Source of the DNA: a virus | Virus record (IMG/VR): IMGVR_UViG_3300037461_000428 | Span: 1 to 64,000 of that record | Reading direction: 5' to 3' (one strand) | DNA length: 64,000 nucleotides | Shown here: positions 48,584 through 58,042 of the stretch, piece after piece | Numbering within the stretch: position 1 is the first letter of the stretch | Layout: each line of letters opens with the position of its first letter | Notes under the pieces: generated by a model | Told to the model about the DNA's origin: nothing | What the model saw: only the letters and a program-made list of their open reading frames with translations | Database searches by the model: none | Position numbers and translations under genes: made by a program

Positions 48584-49148
48584 TATAATAGTAACTGCTC
48601 CAACAGGAAATGGAACAACTACCTTAACTCTCCAAATTGCAAGCACACTTGCTGACTTAGATAAGAGAGTTTTATTCTATAATCCACTTGGCGATATTGA
48701 CAGAGAATTTGTCAAATCTACCTATCCAAACGCCTTCTCAAACATATTCTTTTTTAATGATTCTCTAGCACAATTATTGAGTTTTTTAGACTATATTAAT
48801 TATAATATAGATTTTTTAGTTCTAGACCCAGGCGACTCACTGATGATGAATAAGGGCATTTATCCTCTTCTAAATATTAGACTTAAGAATAAAGGGATTA
48901 TAGCCACTTCGCAGATAAGACAAGATCCAAATAAAGGCGGACAAATTTATAGTCCCGTCGAAGAATTAAATAAGAAAAATAATTTATCTATCTTTAATTT
49001 CAGTATATGGATACGTAATGTGACTGAGATGGAACAACTCTTTAAGTCAAGATACTTAGACATATACGATCACGCAAGAATAGGAAACGAATTCTTAAAA
49101 AGGTACATTGTAAGGTTCGATTCAAAAACGGGAGTTTTAATAGAATGA
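48543..49148 (+). CDS. P-loop ATPase (RecA/KaiC-like core)
   Basis: VTAPTGNGTTTL is a Walker A motif. DFLVLDPGD is Walker B-like. Confidence 0.5.
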   Translation: MIKDIVKEFVLDHNIIVTAPTGNGTTTLTLQIASTLADLDKRVLFYNPLGDIDREFVKSTYPNAFSNIFFFNDSLAQLLSFLDYINYNIDFLVLDPGDSLMMNKGIYPLLNIRLKNKGIIATSQIRQDPNKGGQIYSPVEELNKKNNLSIFNFSIWIRNVTEMEQLFKSRYLDIYDHARIGNEFLKRYIVRFDSKTGVLIE

Positions 49149-49522
49149 AAAAAATTTATAATAAGGGAAATTTACCCTCCCACGTCAACGCGTTCGCTCA
49201 ACAGTTAACTGGTATATTTTCAGGACAAAAAGAAACAGAGTTCTGGGAAGCATCAAGTATTACAGAATTTGAGAAAAATGCAAGTGAAGTTGGTTATGAA
49301 ATAGTTCCAGCAATGGATATGGCTACTAATAGAGCATACCTAGTTGGATTCGAAGTAACAGATTCCGAAATAGTAAGCGTTGGAGAAAGTTATTCTCAAC
49401 TTAAAATGTATTTTATTGAAGTAACCACAGCTGAGTTTAAAGCATGGGTAAAGAAAATAAAAACACATAGAGAAGAACAACAACTAGATGCTGAATTAAG
49501 AAGAGAACAAAAGCTTCCATAA
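49145..49522 (+). CDS. hypothetical protein
   Basis: 125-aa ORF whose ATG overlaps the upstream stop. Confidence 0.6.
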   Translation: MKKIYNKGNLPSHVNAFAQQLTGIFSGQKETEFWEASSITEFEKNASEVGYEIVPAMDMATNRAYLVGFEVTDSEIVSVGESYSQLKMYFIEVTTAEFKAWVKKIKTHREEQQLDAELRREQKLP

Positions 49523-49547
49523 AAAAGAAAATATTAAAGGAGGAAAA

Positions 49548-50138
49548 ATGATTAACTTAGGTTATGCATTATCTATATCTGAGGCCGAAGAGATGAAGAA
49601 ATTTAAAGAAAGTTCGGCGTATGGAACGTATTTAAAATCTATCTCTACTTCTCCTGCTTTCCAATTAATTATGAAAGAACATATTACAAATGTAGATGTA
49701 ACAGAGGATATTAAATCTCTAAAAAATCAAGGAAAGCTACCTGATACAATTAATCCAAAGGTTATAAGCGATCTTTTTAAACAATCGCTTTCAAAAATGG
49801 CTATTTGTATAGTTGCTGATTCTGTTCTATTAAAAGAGCTCGAAGATGTAAAAATGCAAGAAGCATCTAACGATCTATCAAAAGAATCAGAAGCAATATA
49901 TCTTCTAGGAAAAGCAGATAAGAAATTTTATGAACAAGCTGCTAAATTAGTAGAAGAGAATAAACTTAATGAAACAAGTATTGGATATAGAGGACTATTA
50001 ACGTATCTAAAACAAAATGGAAACAAGATGGGTGATTTAAAGAAAGTTGTACCAAAAATTCAATCCAAGCCAATAGCCTCAAAAGTACAACCAAAAGAGA
50101 AAACGACTTCTTCTTTTGACGAAGAGATAACTTTATAA
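49548..50138 (+). CDS. hypothetical protein
   Basis: 196-aa ORF, ATG after AAAGGAGGAAAA. Confidence 0.65.
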   Translation: MINLGYALSISEAEEMKKFKESSAYGTYLKSISTSPAFQLIMKEHITNVDVTEDIKSLKNQGKLPDTINPKVISDLFKQSLSKMAICIVADSVLLKELEDVKMQEASNDLSKESEAIYLLGKADKKFYEQAAKLVEENKLNETSIGYRGLLTYLKQNGNKMGDLKKVVPKIQSKPIASKVQPKEKTTSSFDEEITL

Positions 50139-50149
50139 GTGGCGGTAAT

Positions 50150-50401
50150 ATGAATATTAAAATAAAGGAAGATTCTCTTGGGGAATGCATTGTAAATTCT
50201 TACGTAGATGTAAGTAAGGATTCGCAATACTTAATTAAAGCAATGTCTGCCATAATTATCTTATGCATGAACGCCCAAGAAGATCCTAAGAAACACGAAC
50301 AACTTGCAGTTATATTAAAAGAGGCTTCTAATAAAGCCAATGAATTATTTAATGAAGATTTAAAAGAGGTAAATTTCAATGCAACAGAATTCTTCGGTTA
50401 A
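50150..50401 (+). CDS. hypothetical protein
   Basis: 83-aa ORF in the track. Confidence 0.55.
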   Translation: MNIKIKEDSLGECIVNSYVDVSKDSQYLIKAMSAIIILCMNAQEDPKKHEQLAVILKEASNKANELFNEDLKEVNFNATEFFG

Positions 50402-50675
50402 TATAAATTCAAAGCATTTCATTGATCGCATAGAGAACGATATTGTCCAACTAGCTAAGACCTTATCTATTGAGCATGCTACTGATATAGAGAATGCTAA
50501 ATTAATGGCTAGGCAAATCACCCAGCGTAGAATTAATCAACTTCTTACTAAAGAAGAACAATCTGGCGTAAAAGCAATACTTGATAATATTAAGCGTTCT
50601 ATAAAAAATGGTATGACCACAGTAGAGGACCCAAAAGCTATTTATGAACTATTAAAGACATTCGAGCTATTATAA
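50379..50675 (+). CDS. hypothetical protein
   Basis: 98-aa ORF that overlaps the upstream gene by 23 nt. Confidence 0.5.
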   Translation: MQQNSSVNINSKHFIDRIENDIVQLAKTLSIEHATDIENAKLMARQITQRRINQLLTKEEQSGVKAILDNIKRSIKNGMTTVEDPKAIYELLKTFELL

Positions 50676-50758
50676 GGGTCTTATGCGCGTAGAAAAGTGT
50701 AAAATTTTTCCAGCGATTTTGAAATTACAACAAAAAGTCAAAAAATTGGAGAATTTAG

Positions 50759-51301
50759 ATGATTTCATCTTGGCAAGATCTGGAAGATTATACGGAGGAA
50801 CTATTATCCAAAGATAATTCAGTAAAACCAAAAGGTAGTGGTAACGCAAAAAAAGAAGAGGATGTAGTTGGAAATACTATAATTGCCCAGTGTAAATATA
50901 CCGAAGATAAGAACATGTCCATTCTTTCTAAAGATTTAGAAAGATTATTAGAGGCGTGTTCTTTACAAGATAAGTTCCCATTATTTATTACCTCAAATGG
51001 AATTAATACCACTCTTTCTATTCCGATTAATAAAGATACAGAAAAAACAGTATCGAAATTATTAGAATTACTTATTATTTTAACTAATACAATTAAAATG
51101 TATGATTTAATTGGTTCTATTAAGACTATAAACCAATTAGATATAATTAATAGACAATTTAGTAAACTAAATAGACAAGTTGGATGTTTGAATATAGACA
51201 TTGGGCTTCATATTAAAAACTTAGAAATAATGATCCAATCTAAGTATGATGATCTAACAATATGTGATTTATTTGAAGGAGAAAAAGATGGCATTAAGTA
51301 A
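50759..51301 (+). CDS. hypothetical protein, possible PD-(D/E)xK-like nuclease
   Basis: GSGNAKKEEDVVGNTIIAQCKYT resembles a D..(E/Q).K core. This is weak. Confidence 0.5.
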   Translation: MISSWQDLEDYTEELLSKDNSVKPKGSGNAKKEEDVVGNTIIAQCKYTEDKNMSILSKDLERLLEACSLQDKFPLFITSNGINTTLSIPINKDTEKTVSKLLELLIILTNTIKMYDLIGSIKTINQLDIINRQFSKLNRQVGCLNIDIGLHIKNLEIMIQSKYDDLTICDLFEGEKDGIK

Positions 51302-52418
51302 AGATAAGAAAAAGGCACTACAAAAACTAAGAGATAGTTTCATTAAAGATAATAAACTCGATCCAGAAACAACCAAGATGGGTTTTCTAGATGAAAATGA
51401 GAATATAGGTAAGATTGAAAGGCTTCCTACTGGTATCATAGGATTCGACGTACTTACTGGTGGTGGTTGGGTCAAGAACAAGATAAATCAGCTAGTTGGT
51501 GGCGAGTCTGTTGGTAAGACTACAAAGCTATTGAGATCTATAGCAAGTTGGCAGGCCACTATTAAAGACTTCATGGCTGCATATATTCCTGCTGAGAAGT
51601 CATTTGATAGAGAATGGGCAATTAAGCAAGGTTGTACAGAAGATGCCACTTGGGTATATGAGCCCAGGACAGCAGAAGAGAACCTTGACTTCGTAATGAA
51701 GTGCGCAGCTGACGATAGTGGAGTAGACTGTTTGATCATAGACACGCTACAGGCTCTTGCAAGCTCGAAAGAAGTCTATAAGGGTAAGAAGAAGGATGGT
51801 AGTCCAAGTGACACTGAGAGGTCTGTAAACGATGATACGATGGCATTGCTGCCGAGGTTGTACTCGCAGTTCCTAAGAATGTATACTTCCAAGGCACAAG
51901 ATACTCTTACTTTGATCCTTGCGTCACAGGTTAGAACCGACATCACATCGATGGCTCGTGATAAAGAGAAGGAGACTGGTGGTAATGCTCTTCGTCATTA
52001 TAACATGCTTAATGTTAAAATGGCCCGTAAAGGCGATAGTGCATTCCCAATTAAAGACGGAGACTATGCTCCAGCTAATTCATATGCGGTGCAGTTAACG
52101 ATCTTAAAGTCGAAAGTGCGAAATAGATATAAAGGAAATAAATTATTGATATATTTCTACCACGGAAGCTTTGATCATAGATTTAATGTAATATGTATCT
52201 CTAAGGATCTTGGTCTTTGGGATGGTAAATCTCTAGAGTATGTGGCGAACGGAGAGACCAAAGAGTTTAAGGCTCGCGGTCTAAAAGAAGCTATTGAGAA
52301 AATGCCAGATGAAGCAGTGGCGTACTTAGAACCAAAACTTACAGAGGCATACACAAAGATAGTAATGAACTATATTCCTGAGGCCGATGTAGATGAAGAT
52401 GAGGATGGAGCACTATAA
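51288..52418 (+). CDS. RecA/UvsX-like recombinase
   Basis: GFDVLTGGGWVKNKINQLVGGESVGKTT parallels the RecA LD.ALG.GG.P.GRI.EI.GPESSGKTT block. LIIDTLQAL is the Walker B strand. ATG after GAAGGAGAAAAAG. Confidence 0.8.
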   Translation: MALSKDKKKALQKLRDSFIKDNKLDPETTKMGFLDENENIGKIERLPTGIIGFDVLTGGGWVKNKINQLVGGESVGKTTKLLRSIASWQATIKDFMAAYIPAEKSFDREWAIKQGCTEDATWVYEPRTAEENLDFVMKCAADDSGVDCLIIDTLQALASSKEVYKGKKKDGSPSDTERSVNDDTMALLPRLYSQFLRMYTSKAQDTLTLILASQVRTDITSMARDKEKETGGNALRHYNMLNVKMARKGDSAFPIKDGDYAPANSYAVQLTILKSKVRNRYKGNKLLIYFYHGSFDHRFNVICISKDLGLWDGKSLEYVANGETKEFKARGLKEAIEKMPDEAVAYLEPKLTEAYTKIVMNYIPEADVDEDEDGAL

Positions 52419-52603
52419 TGACACAAATTAGGCCAAATTTTTTAAGACAATATGATAAATCAGTTGGACCTTGCAAATATTGTGGTAAAAAGACTCACTG
52501 GTATAACGATGTGCCACTCCGTGCGTTTTGCTGGGGAACTATAAAGAAACCTTATAAAGAGTGGAGAAAATTAGTTCCATTACCACTACAACCATATAAA
52601 TAA
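52418..52603 (+). CDS. small Cys-containing protein
   Basis: 61-aa ORF whose ATG overlaps the upstream stop. Confidence 0.55.
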   Translation: MTQIRPNFLRQYDKSVGPCKYCGKKTHWYNDVPLRAFCWGTIKKPYKEWRKLVPLPLQPYK

Positions 52604-52619
52604 GAAATAAAAGATAAAT

Positions 52620-52796
52620 ATGTTACATAAAGTTAAAAAAGCCGAACGTCTTGAAAGAACCATTGATGGAATTATGTCTCAATATGAAGACTTCTATGAT
52701 CTTTTTTTAGAACTTTTAAAAGAAAGATTTAAAGATAGTAGCGAGCAAGAATTAATGGAGTGGTGGAACCTACCAGAAGATATGGACTATTTATGA
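52620..52796 (+). CDS. small protein, 58 aa
   Basis: Open frame below the track cutoff. Its stop overlaps the next ATG (ATGA). Confidence 0.45.
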   Translation: MLHKVKKAERLERTIDGIMSQYEDFYDLFLELLKERFKDSSEQELMEWWNLPEDMDYL

Positions 52797-52999
52797 AAGA
52801 TAAATTTGGAAGAGAGCTTCAAGTAGGAGATATATGTTTCAGAATAGGATATACTGGTGGTAGATTTGGGCGACCAAAATTAAATGTAGTTAAAATACAA
52901 GAGTTTACTGTATCTAAAGTAAAAATAGCAGAACGTTGCTTTGTAGACTCTACTAATTTAGCAAAAGCAAGTGTTGAAGATCTTGAAAGGTTTATTTAA
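52793..52999 (+). CDS. hypothetical protein
   Basis: The ATG is coupled to the upstream stop. The track start is 52760. Confidence 0.55.
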   Translation: MKDKFGRELQVGDICFRIGYTGGRFGRPKLNVVKIQEFTVSKVKIAERCFVDSTNLAKASVEDLERFI

Positions 53000-54679
53000 T
53001 TGGATTCTAAAAATATACAACTTACTGAAGAACAACAGACAATATTAGATAATTGTGACCAGAACTTATTTTTAAATGCGGGTCCTGGTAGTGGTAAGTC
53101 TTCTCTGTTATCAGTAATAGCAGAAAAATTATTAAAAGATTTAAATAATAAGGTCTTATTAGTTACATTTTCTAATAAGGCTAGTAAATCTATTATAGCA
53201 AAATGTTCTGGAATAGATCAAAAGAGAATTTTAGGCGGAACATTTCATGGATTAGCAAACTTATTTATTAGACAAAATAAATTACACTGGAATATTTGCG
53301 ATGAAGGAAAAAAAAGATTAATAATTAAAAAATTATTCGATTGTAAAAAAGACAAGAATAAGCTAATGGAAATATTAGACGAACTTAGTTTAGCAAAATG
53401 TGAATGGCCACTTAAATTAACTAATAATATAATTAAATATAATACTGAGCTAGTTAAATATGATTTAACTGACTTTGATGATATGATATATAAAATTATT
53501 GATCTTTTACCTTCATTGACTCTTTCTAAAATAAGCCATATTTTAGTTGACGAACTACAGGATACTAACTCTCCACAATTAGAGATGCTTAAGGTATTAT
53601 ATTCTAAACTTAATTGTAAAATTATTGGATGTGGAGATTTAGATCAGGAGATATATAGTTTTAGAGGAGCATGTTTTGAAAATATTGAAAGATTTATAAG
53701 TTATTTTAATTGTAAAATATATAATATGGGAATAAATTTCAGATCAAGTACTAAGATTGTTGAGTGTTCGCGTAATTTAATTGAACACAATAAGAAACGC
53801 ATTAATAAAACAATCAGAGCTTTTAAAACTGATATGGGTGTAGTATCAGATTATCAGTGTAAGAACCCACTCAATGAAATCGCATACGTAATAGCTAAAT
53901 GCAAACAAAATCCTAAAAGCGAAATAGCAATACTATATCGTAATAGAAGCTTTAAAAATCACCTAGAGTTCGAACTTAAGAAAGCTAACTTAAAATATTG
54001 TGTTAATGACTCTCTAGAAATAAGTGATAGAAGTTCTATTAAAGTAATGATTGCATGTATGAAATTGGCTGCTAAGATTGGTGACATTTTCGACTTAGAA
54101 ATTGCTTCTAAAGGTTTAAAAGGAATTGGTAAAGCATTTATAACTAATATTAAGAAAGAAATTAGTTCTGATAAATCTTTATCTGATGTGTTAATAGATA
54201 AATTTCATGATCCAAAGAATCATAAAAAATTAAATAGCTTGATAAGCATAGTTTCGTATTTCAATAATCACGAAGGACTATGTCTGACTCTATTAGCAGG
54301 ATTTATAGAGAAGTTTTTTATAAAGTCATTTGATTATCAAGAAGATATGAAAAATTTTATAAACGATATAACAAAAGATTATCGGATAAAAGCCTCGGAA
54401 ATAAGAGACATAAGTAACGACCTAGGATTAGATGGCAAGGAAGAGAACCAGGATAAAGATGCATTAATTGAGTTATCGACCGTGCACGGTTGGAAGGGAA
54501 TGCAGGCACCAATAGTAATATTACCGTGGTGTCAAATGTTTGAGCCTCAAGCTAGTAAAGAGTATAACATAGAGGATGAACGTAGGTTGTTCTATGTTGG
54601 AATAACTAGACCTGAGTTTAAATTATTTTTATCTTATAGCGGTTTACTTCCTCGTTTTATAAGGGAGATGGACATATAA
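53000..54679 (+). CDS. UvrD/Rep/PcrA-like SF1 helicase
   Basis: LNAGPGSGKSS is a Walker A motif. ILVDELQDTN is motif II. The segments ...TVHGWKGMQA... and RRLFYVGITR are late helicase motifs. TTG start as in the track. Confidence 0.8.
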   Translation: MDSKNIQLTEEQQTILDNCDQNLFLNAGPGSGKSSLLSVIAEKLLKDLNNKVLLVTFSNKASKSIIAKCSGIDQKRILGGTFHGLANLFIRQNKLHWNICDEGKKRLIIKKLFDCKKDKNKLMEILDELSLAKCEWPLKLTNNIIKYNTELVKYDLTDFDDMIYKIIDLLPSLTLSKISHILVDELQDTNSPQLEMLKVLYSKLNCKIIGCGDLDQEIYSFRGACFENIERFISYFNCKIYNMGINFRSSTKIVECSRNLIEHNKKRINKTIRAFKTDMGVVSDYQCKNPLNEIAYVIAKCKQNPKSEIAILYRNRSFKNHLEFELKKANLKYCVNDSLEISDRSSIKVMIACMKLAAKIGDIFDLEIASKGLKGIGKAFITNIKKEISSDKSLSDVLIDKFHDPKNHKKLNSLISIVSYFNNHEGLCLTLLAGFIEKFFIKSFDYQEDMKNFINDITKDYRIKASEIRDISNDLGLDGKEENQDKDALIELSTVHGWKGMQAPIVILPWCQMFEPQASKEYNIEDERRLFYVGITRPEFKLFLSYSGLLPRFIREMDI

Positions 54680-55267
54680 ATGCTTGATATGTTTTCGATA
54701 GATTTAAATACAGAACAGAGGTTAGATGCTTTAAGAGATGAGTTGGCCAGATATAATAGAAATTCTAAAGTAGATACAAAGAAGGCAAAAATAAAATTAT
54801 TCTACGGAGACGTAAATAATTTTAATGATGGCGTGCTGACCGTTTCGAGCCCACCTAAAGCAAAGTTCTTTGAATCCCCTGATGATAAATTCTTATCCAG
54901 CATTCTAGAATCCATCGAGATAAAGAAGTTCTTTCTTACATATGACTATTTATTTTTTGGCGACAGACCAACTACTCAAACTGTAAAAGATTTTGGATAC
55001 TTTATTCGAAGATTAGTTGATATTATAAACCCAAAACTAATAGTATGTCTAGGAGAAGAACCTCAGTTCTCTTTTTTTAAAAGAAAGTTTTTACTAAGTG
55101 ATTTTCATGGAAAACAAATTGGCGATTACGAAGGTAGACCAATTTATACAACGTATCCAATTAGCTATTACGAAGAAAGATCTCAGTTCGAAGATCATTC
55201 ATATAAAGAAGCAATTAAAAATAAGGATTGGAACGCTATAAGAGATAAATACAAGGAGTTAAAATGA
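54680..55267 (+). CDS. UDG-superfamily-like protein with degenerate catalytic motifs
   Basis: KLIVCLGEEPQ ... FHGKQIGDYEGRPIYTTYPISYY parallels the second half of family-4 UDG. The GEAPG motif and the His of HPS are absent. Confidence 0.35.
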   Translation: MLDMFSIDLNTEQRLDALRDELARYNRNSKVDTKKAKIKLFYGDVNNFNDGVLTVSSPPKAKFFESPDDKFLSSILESIEIKKFFLTYDYLFFGDRPTTQTVKDFGYFIRRLVDIINPKLIVCLGEEPQFSFFKRKFLLSDFHGKQIGDYEGRPIYTTYPISYYEERSQFEDHSYKEAIKNKDWNAIRDKYKELK

Positions 55268-55476
55268 TATCTGATTATAACTGTAAACACTGCGGTAATT
55301 CAGAAAACGACGTATTAATTAAAAACTCAGAAGAAGTTGTGCTATGCAAGATATGCAACGAGCCAATGGAAAGGACATACAGTGTCACAAAATTTACTCC
55401 ATTACGAAAAGGAACTCCTTATCCGACCCACCTTATTGGAGGAGGAAACAGAGCTAGTTTTGGAATCCTTGACTAA
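55264..55476 (+). CDS. small zinc-ribbon protein
   Basis: 70-aa ORF with CKHCG...CKIC pairs. Its ATG overlaps the upstream stop. Confidence 0.55.
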   Translation: MISDYNCKHCGNSENDVLIKNSEEVVLCKICNEPMERTYSVTKFTPLRKGTPYPTHLIGGGNRASFGILD

Positions 55477-55930
55477 AGTCCATTCATTTATAAAAACTAT
55501 TGCAGAATCTACTACTATTATATCTATAACTATTGAACATAGATCTAAAACTATTAAAAATTTAAGAACTAAATTAAATTTAAGAGAATCAAAAGAACCA
55601 GAAAAAAATTATTGGTTAAGAGAAACTTTTACCAATAAAGAGCCATTTACGTCAACAGAAAAATTAGGAACACACGAGGTAAGAGAAGTATCTTTAATTC
55701 TTCCACTTGGGGTATTGATAGATAGAGAAGAACTAGGAAAAATGTCCAATAAAAATTGTTGGATATTTAATAGATACATAGAGATCTTTTCTGTTAGTAA
55801 CATAACTGCAAAAGAAAATATGCTAGAGTATGTGGTATTAAATTCTTCCGGATTAACAAAATACTCTAATAATAATACTCCACTTTTAATTGAGGTATCA
55901 GATGGAATCAGAGGAATTATATCAGTATAA
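55337..55930 (+). CDS. hypothetical protein; start unresolved
   Basis: It is the only open frame across 55480-55930. Its 5' 140 nt overlap 55264-55476 in another frame. Confidence 0.4.
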   Translation: MCYARYATSQWKGHTVSQNLLHYEKELLIRPTLLEEETELVLESLTKVHSFIKTIAESTTIISITIEHRSKTIKNLRTKLNLRESKEPEKNYWLRETFTNKEPFTSTEKLGTHEVREVSLILPLGVLIDREELGKMSNKNCWIFNRYIEIFSVSNITAKENMLEYVVLNSSGLTKYSNNNTPLLIEVSDGIRGIISV

Positions 55931-56555
55931 ACCGATTTATCAATCAGAATATGCTGAGGGAACAAAACAAATAGTATTTTCTGGACACCGCGAAATTCAT
56001 TCAGGTGACGAAGAAACGCAATTTGCAACATGTGTAATATTAGATCACAACGAATATAGAATCCATAATTTTGAATTTAAAGATCCAAAACTACAAGTAA
56101 CTTATAATTTATTCTATGCATTTGGATTAACTATAAATCTATTTCATACAAAAATGTTAGCTGTAGATTTTGATAATAAAGATATTAATAAAGATATAAT
56201 TCCAATTTATGAAAAATTAAAGAAATGCAAAGAGGTCAAAGCTATAGACCTATTAGAATCTAGTAGAATTAATGGTAATTATCATATGATACTAGGATTC
56301 GATAGGTTTTATGATGTAAGAGGACTACCAGGATTTATTCCCAAATCTTGTATAGGGCATGCAATCTTTTGTACAAATAGAAGAGAACAGACTATAAGAG
56401 TATCACAAAAGTTTATGCTAAACCAATACCAAGATACTAGTATTATTCCTTTAATTAGTTGGAATCAAGATCTTAATCAAGAATTAAGAAATTTTCCGAG
56501 TAGACCAAAAAAAATAATAAATACGCCAAGAAAATTAAACTTAAGGACATCATGA
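55890..56555 (+). CDS. hypothetical protein, possible AEP-type primase-polymerase core
   Basis: LAVDFDNKD is a DxD motif and INGNYHMILGF is an sG.YH-type motif, at AEP-like spacing. Weak inference. Confidence 0.5.
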   Translation: MRYQMESEELYQYKPIYQSEYAEGTKQIVFSGHREIHSGDEETQFATCVILDHNEYRIHNFEFKDPKLQVTYNLFYAFGLTINLFHTKMLAVDFDNKDINKDIIPIYEKLKKCKEVKAIDLLESSRINGNYHMILGFDRFYDVRGLPGFIPKSCIGHAIFCTNRREQTIRVSQKFMLNQYQDTSIIPLISWNQDLNQELRNFPSRPKKIINTPRKLNLRTS

Positions 56556-56558
56556 AAC

Positions 56559-56957
56559 ATGGCAACAACATGTGCTTCAAGAAAACAAAAAGGTAGAAGA
56601 CTTGCCCAGAGAGTAGCTGGATTTATTAGACAAGTATTTAATTTAAGTGAAGACGATGTATATAATACACCTGGAGGTGTTCCTGGTGAAGATATTAAAC
56701 TATCAGAAAAAGCAAGAAAGCTTTTCGGTTTTTCAATAGAATGCAAAAATGTAGAGAAACTTAATATTTGGGAGGCACTTGAACAAGCAGAGAGTTCGAA
56801 TAGAAAATATAAACCATTAGTAATATTTTCTCGTAATAGATCAGAAGATTTTTGTGCCCTTAAATTTTCTGATTTTATGCTTCTTATGGAACAAATTAAA
56901 CTATTAACTGATGAAGTAAATTTTTTACATGAAGAAAAAGCAGGAATAAGTATATGA
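56559..56957 (+). CDS. PD-(D/E)xK-type nuclease (resolvase-like)
   Basis: GVPGEDIKL....FGFSIECKN gives a D...E.K core. The size (132 aa) fits small phage nucleases. Confidence 0.5.
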   Translation: MATTCASRKQKGRRLAQRVAGFIRQVFNLSEDDVYNTPGGVPGEDIKLSEKARKLFGFSIECKNVEKLNIWEALEQAESSNRKYKPLVIFSRNRSEDFCALKFSDFMLLMEQIKLLTDEVNFLHEEKAGISI

Positions 56958-57292
56958 AAGACGCTGTTAGCAGATCAATAAGAGTTGGAGACTATTGTGT
57001 TGGATCTTGGAAGTCTGCTTTAGTATATTGTTATGTAGTAAGACTTACAAAAAAAAGAATATTTACAACAAAAGGACGATGGGATCCAAAGCAAATATTG
57101 GTTATTAATGATGTACCAATAGAACGCAGAAAACATTTTACTGTATGGCAAGAAGAAAAATATGGAAATTTACCAGTAAATACTGACCAACTACTAATGG
57201 AATGGGAAGTTAAAGAGGAGATTAAAAATGATAAAGACGAAAATAATAGGAAATGGGGGAATTGGCAGTTACTTAGCCCACCACCTAGATAA
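56954..57292 (+). CDS. hypothetical protein
   Basis: 112-aa ORF that overlaps the next gene by 65 nt. Confidence 0.5.
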   Translation: MKDAVSRSIRVGDYCVGSWKSALVYCYVVRLTKKRIFTTKGRWDPKQILVINDVPIERRKHFTVWQEEKYGNLPVNTDQLLMEWEVKEEIKNDKDENNRKWGNWQLLSPPPR

Positions 57293-57800
57293 ACTTATCG
57301 AACTAAAGCAAATTAAAGATATGGATTTTACATTCTATGACGACGATAAAGTAGAATTAAAAAATATTTTATATCAGAATTTTGAAACATCTGATATAGA
57401 TTCTTATAAAACACAAGCTCTATCTTTAAAATATTTCAATTTAAATTTTGAATGCAAAAGATTATCATTAGAAGATCTAGCAGACTGCGAGTTAGTTGTA
57501 TTATGCGCAGATAATAATCTTATTAGAGAACAGGCATTAGAAAATTGGAACACTAATAAGATCCCATTTATAGATAGTAGAGCAAATGGTCGAGCGATTG
57601 GTATATTTTCAAGCGACACAGTAAATTATGATAAAACTTTATCAAAAGATACTAAGTCGTCTTCTTGTCAGAATCCATTTCAAATTGCTAAGAAAGAAAT
57701 TGAGTATGGTAATGTAGTGATAGCCGCGATATTAGCTCAGGTAATTTTAAACTATAGCAGATACAAAAAACTTCCAATAGATTTTACTACGATGCTATGA
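57228..57800 (+). CDS. minimal ThiF/MoeB/E1-like adenylyltransferase
   Basis: KIIGNGGIGSYLAHHL is a GxGxxG motif. FYDDDKVELKNILYQNF parallels D.D.V..SNL.RQ. ELVVLCADNNLIR and IPFIDSRANGRAIGIF continue the ThiF-fold pattern. ATG after AAAGAGGAGATTAAAA. Confidence 0.7.
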   Translation: MIKTKIIGNGGIGSYLAHHLDKLIELKQIKDMDFTFYDDDKVELKNILYQNFETSDIDSYKTQALSLKYFNLNFECKRLSLEDLADCELVVLCADNNLIREQALENWNTNKIPFIDSRANGRAIGIFSSDTVNYDKTLSKDTKSSSCQNPFQIAKKEIEYGNVVIAAILAQVILNYSRYKKLPIDFTTML

Positions 57801-58042
57801 AACCAATTAAGTTAGACGATAATGTACAAGTACCTAGTTTATGCAAACATTGCCAACATCTAGAGTATTGTTCAAATAATATAGATTCAAAACAATGTAA
57901 TAATCTTATAGGAAAATCATATAGAAGGTACCTATCTCAAAAAGATATACAAGAAATACTATCCGATACAAGTAATGGAAGATTAGAATTAGATATGGAT
58001 CCAATTCGTAAAAAATATAATATAAATTTAAGGAGAGATTAA
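57797..58042 (+). CDS. small Cys-containing protein
   Basis: 81-aa ORF whose ATG overlaps the upstream stop. CKHCQHLEYC...C cluster. Confidence 0.55.
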   Translation: MKPIKLDDNVQVPSLCKHCQHLEYCSNNIDSKQCNNLIGKSYRRYLSQKDIQEILSDTSNGRLELDMDPIRKKYNINLRRD

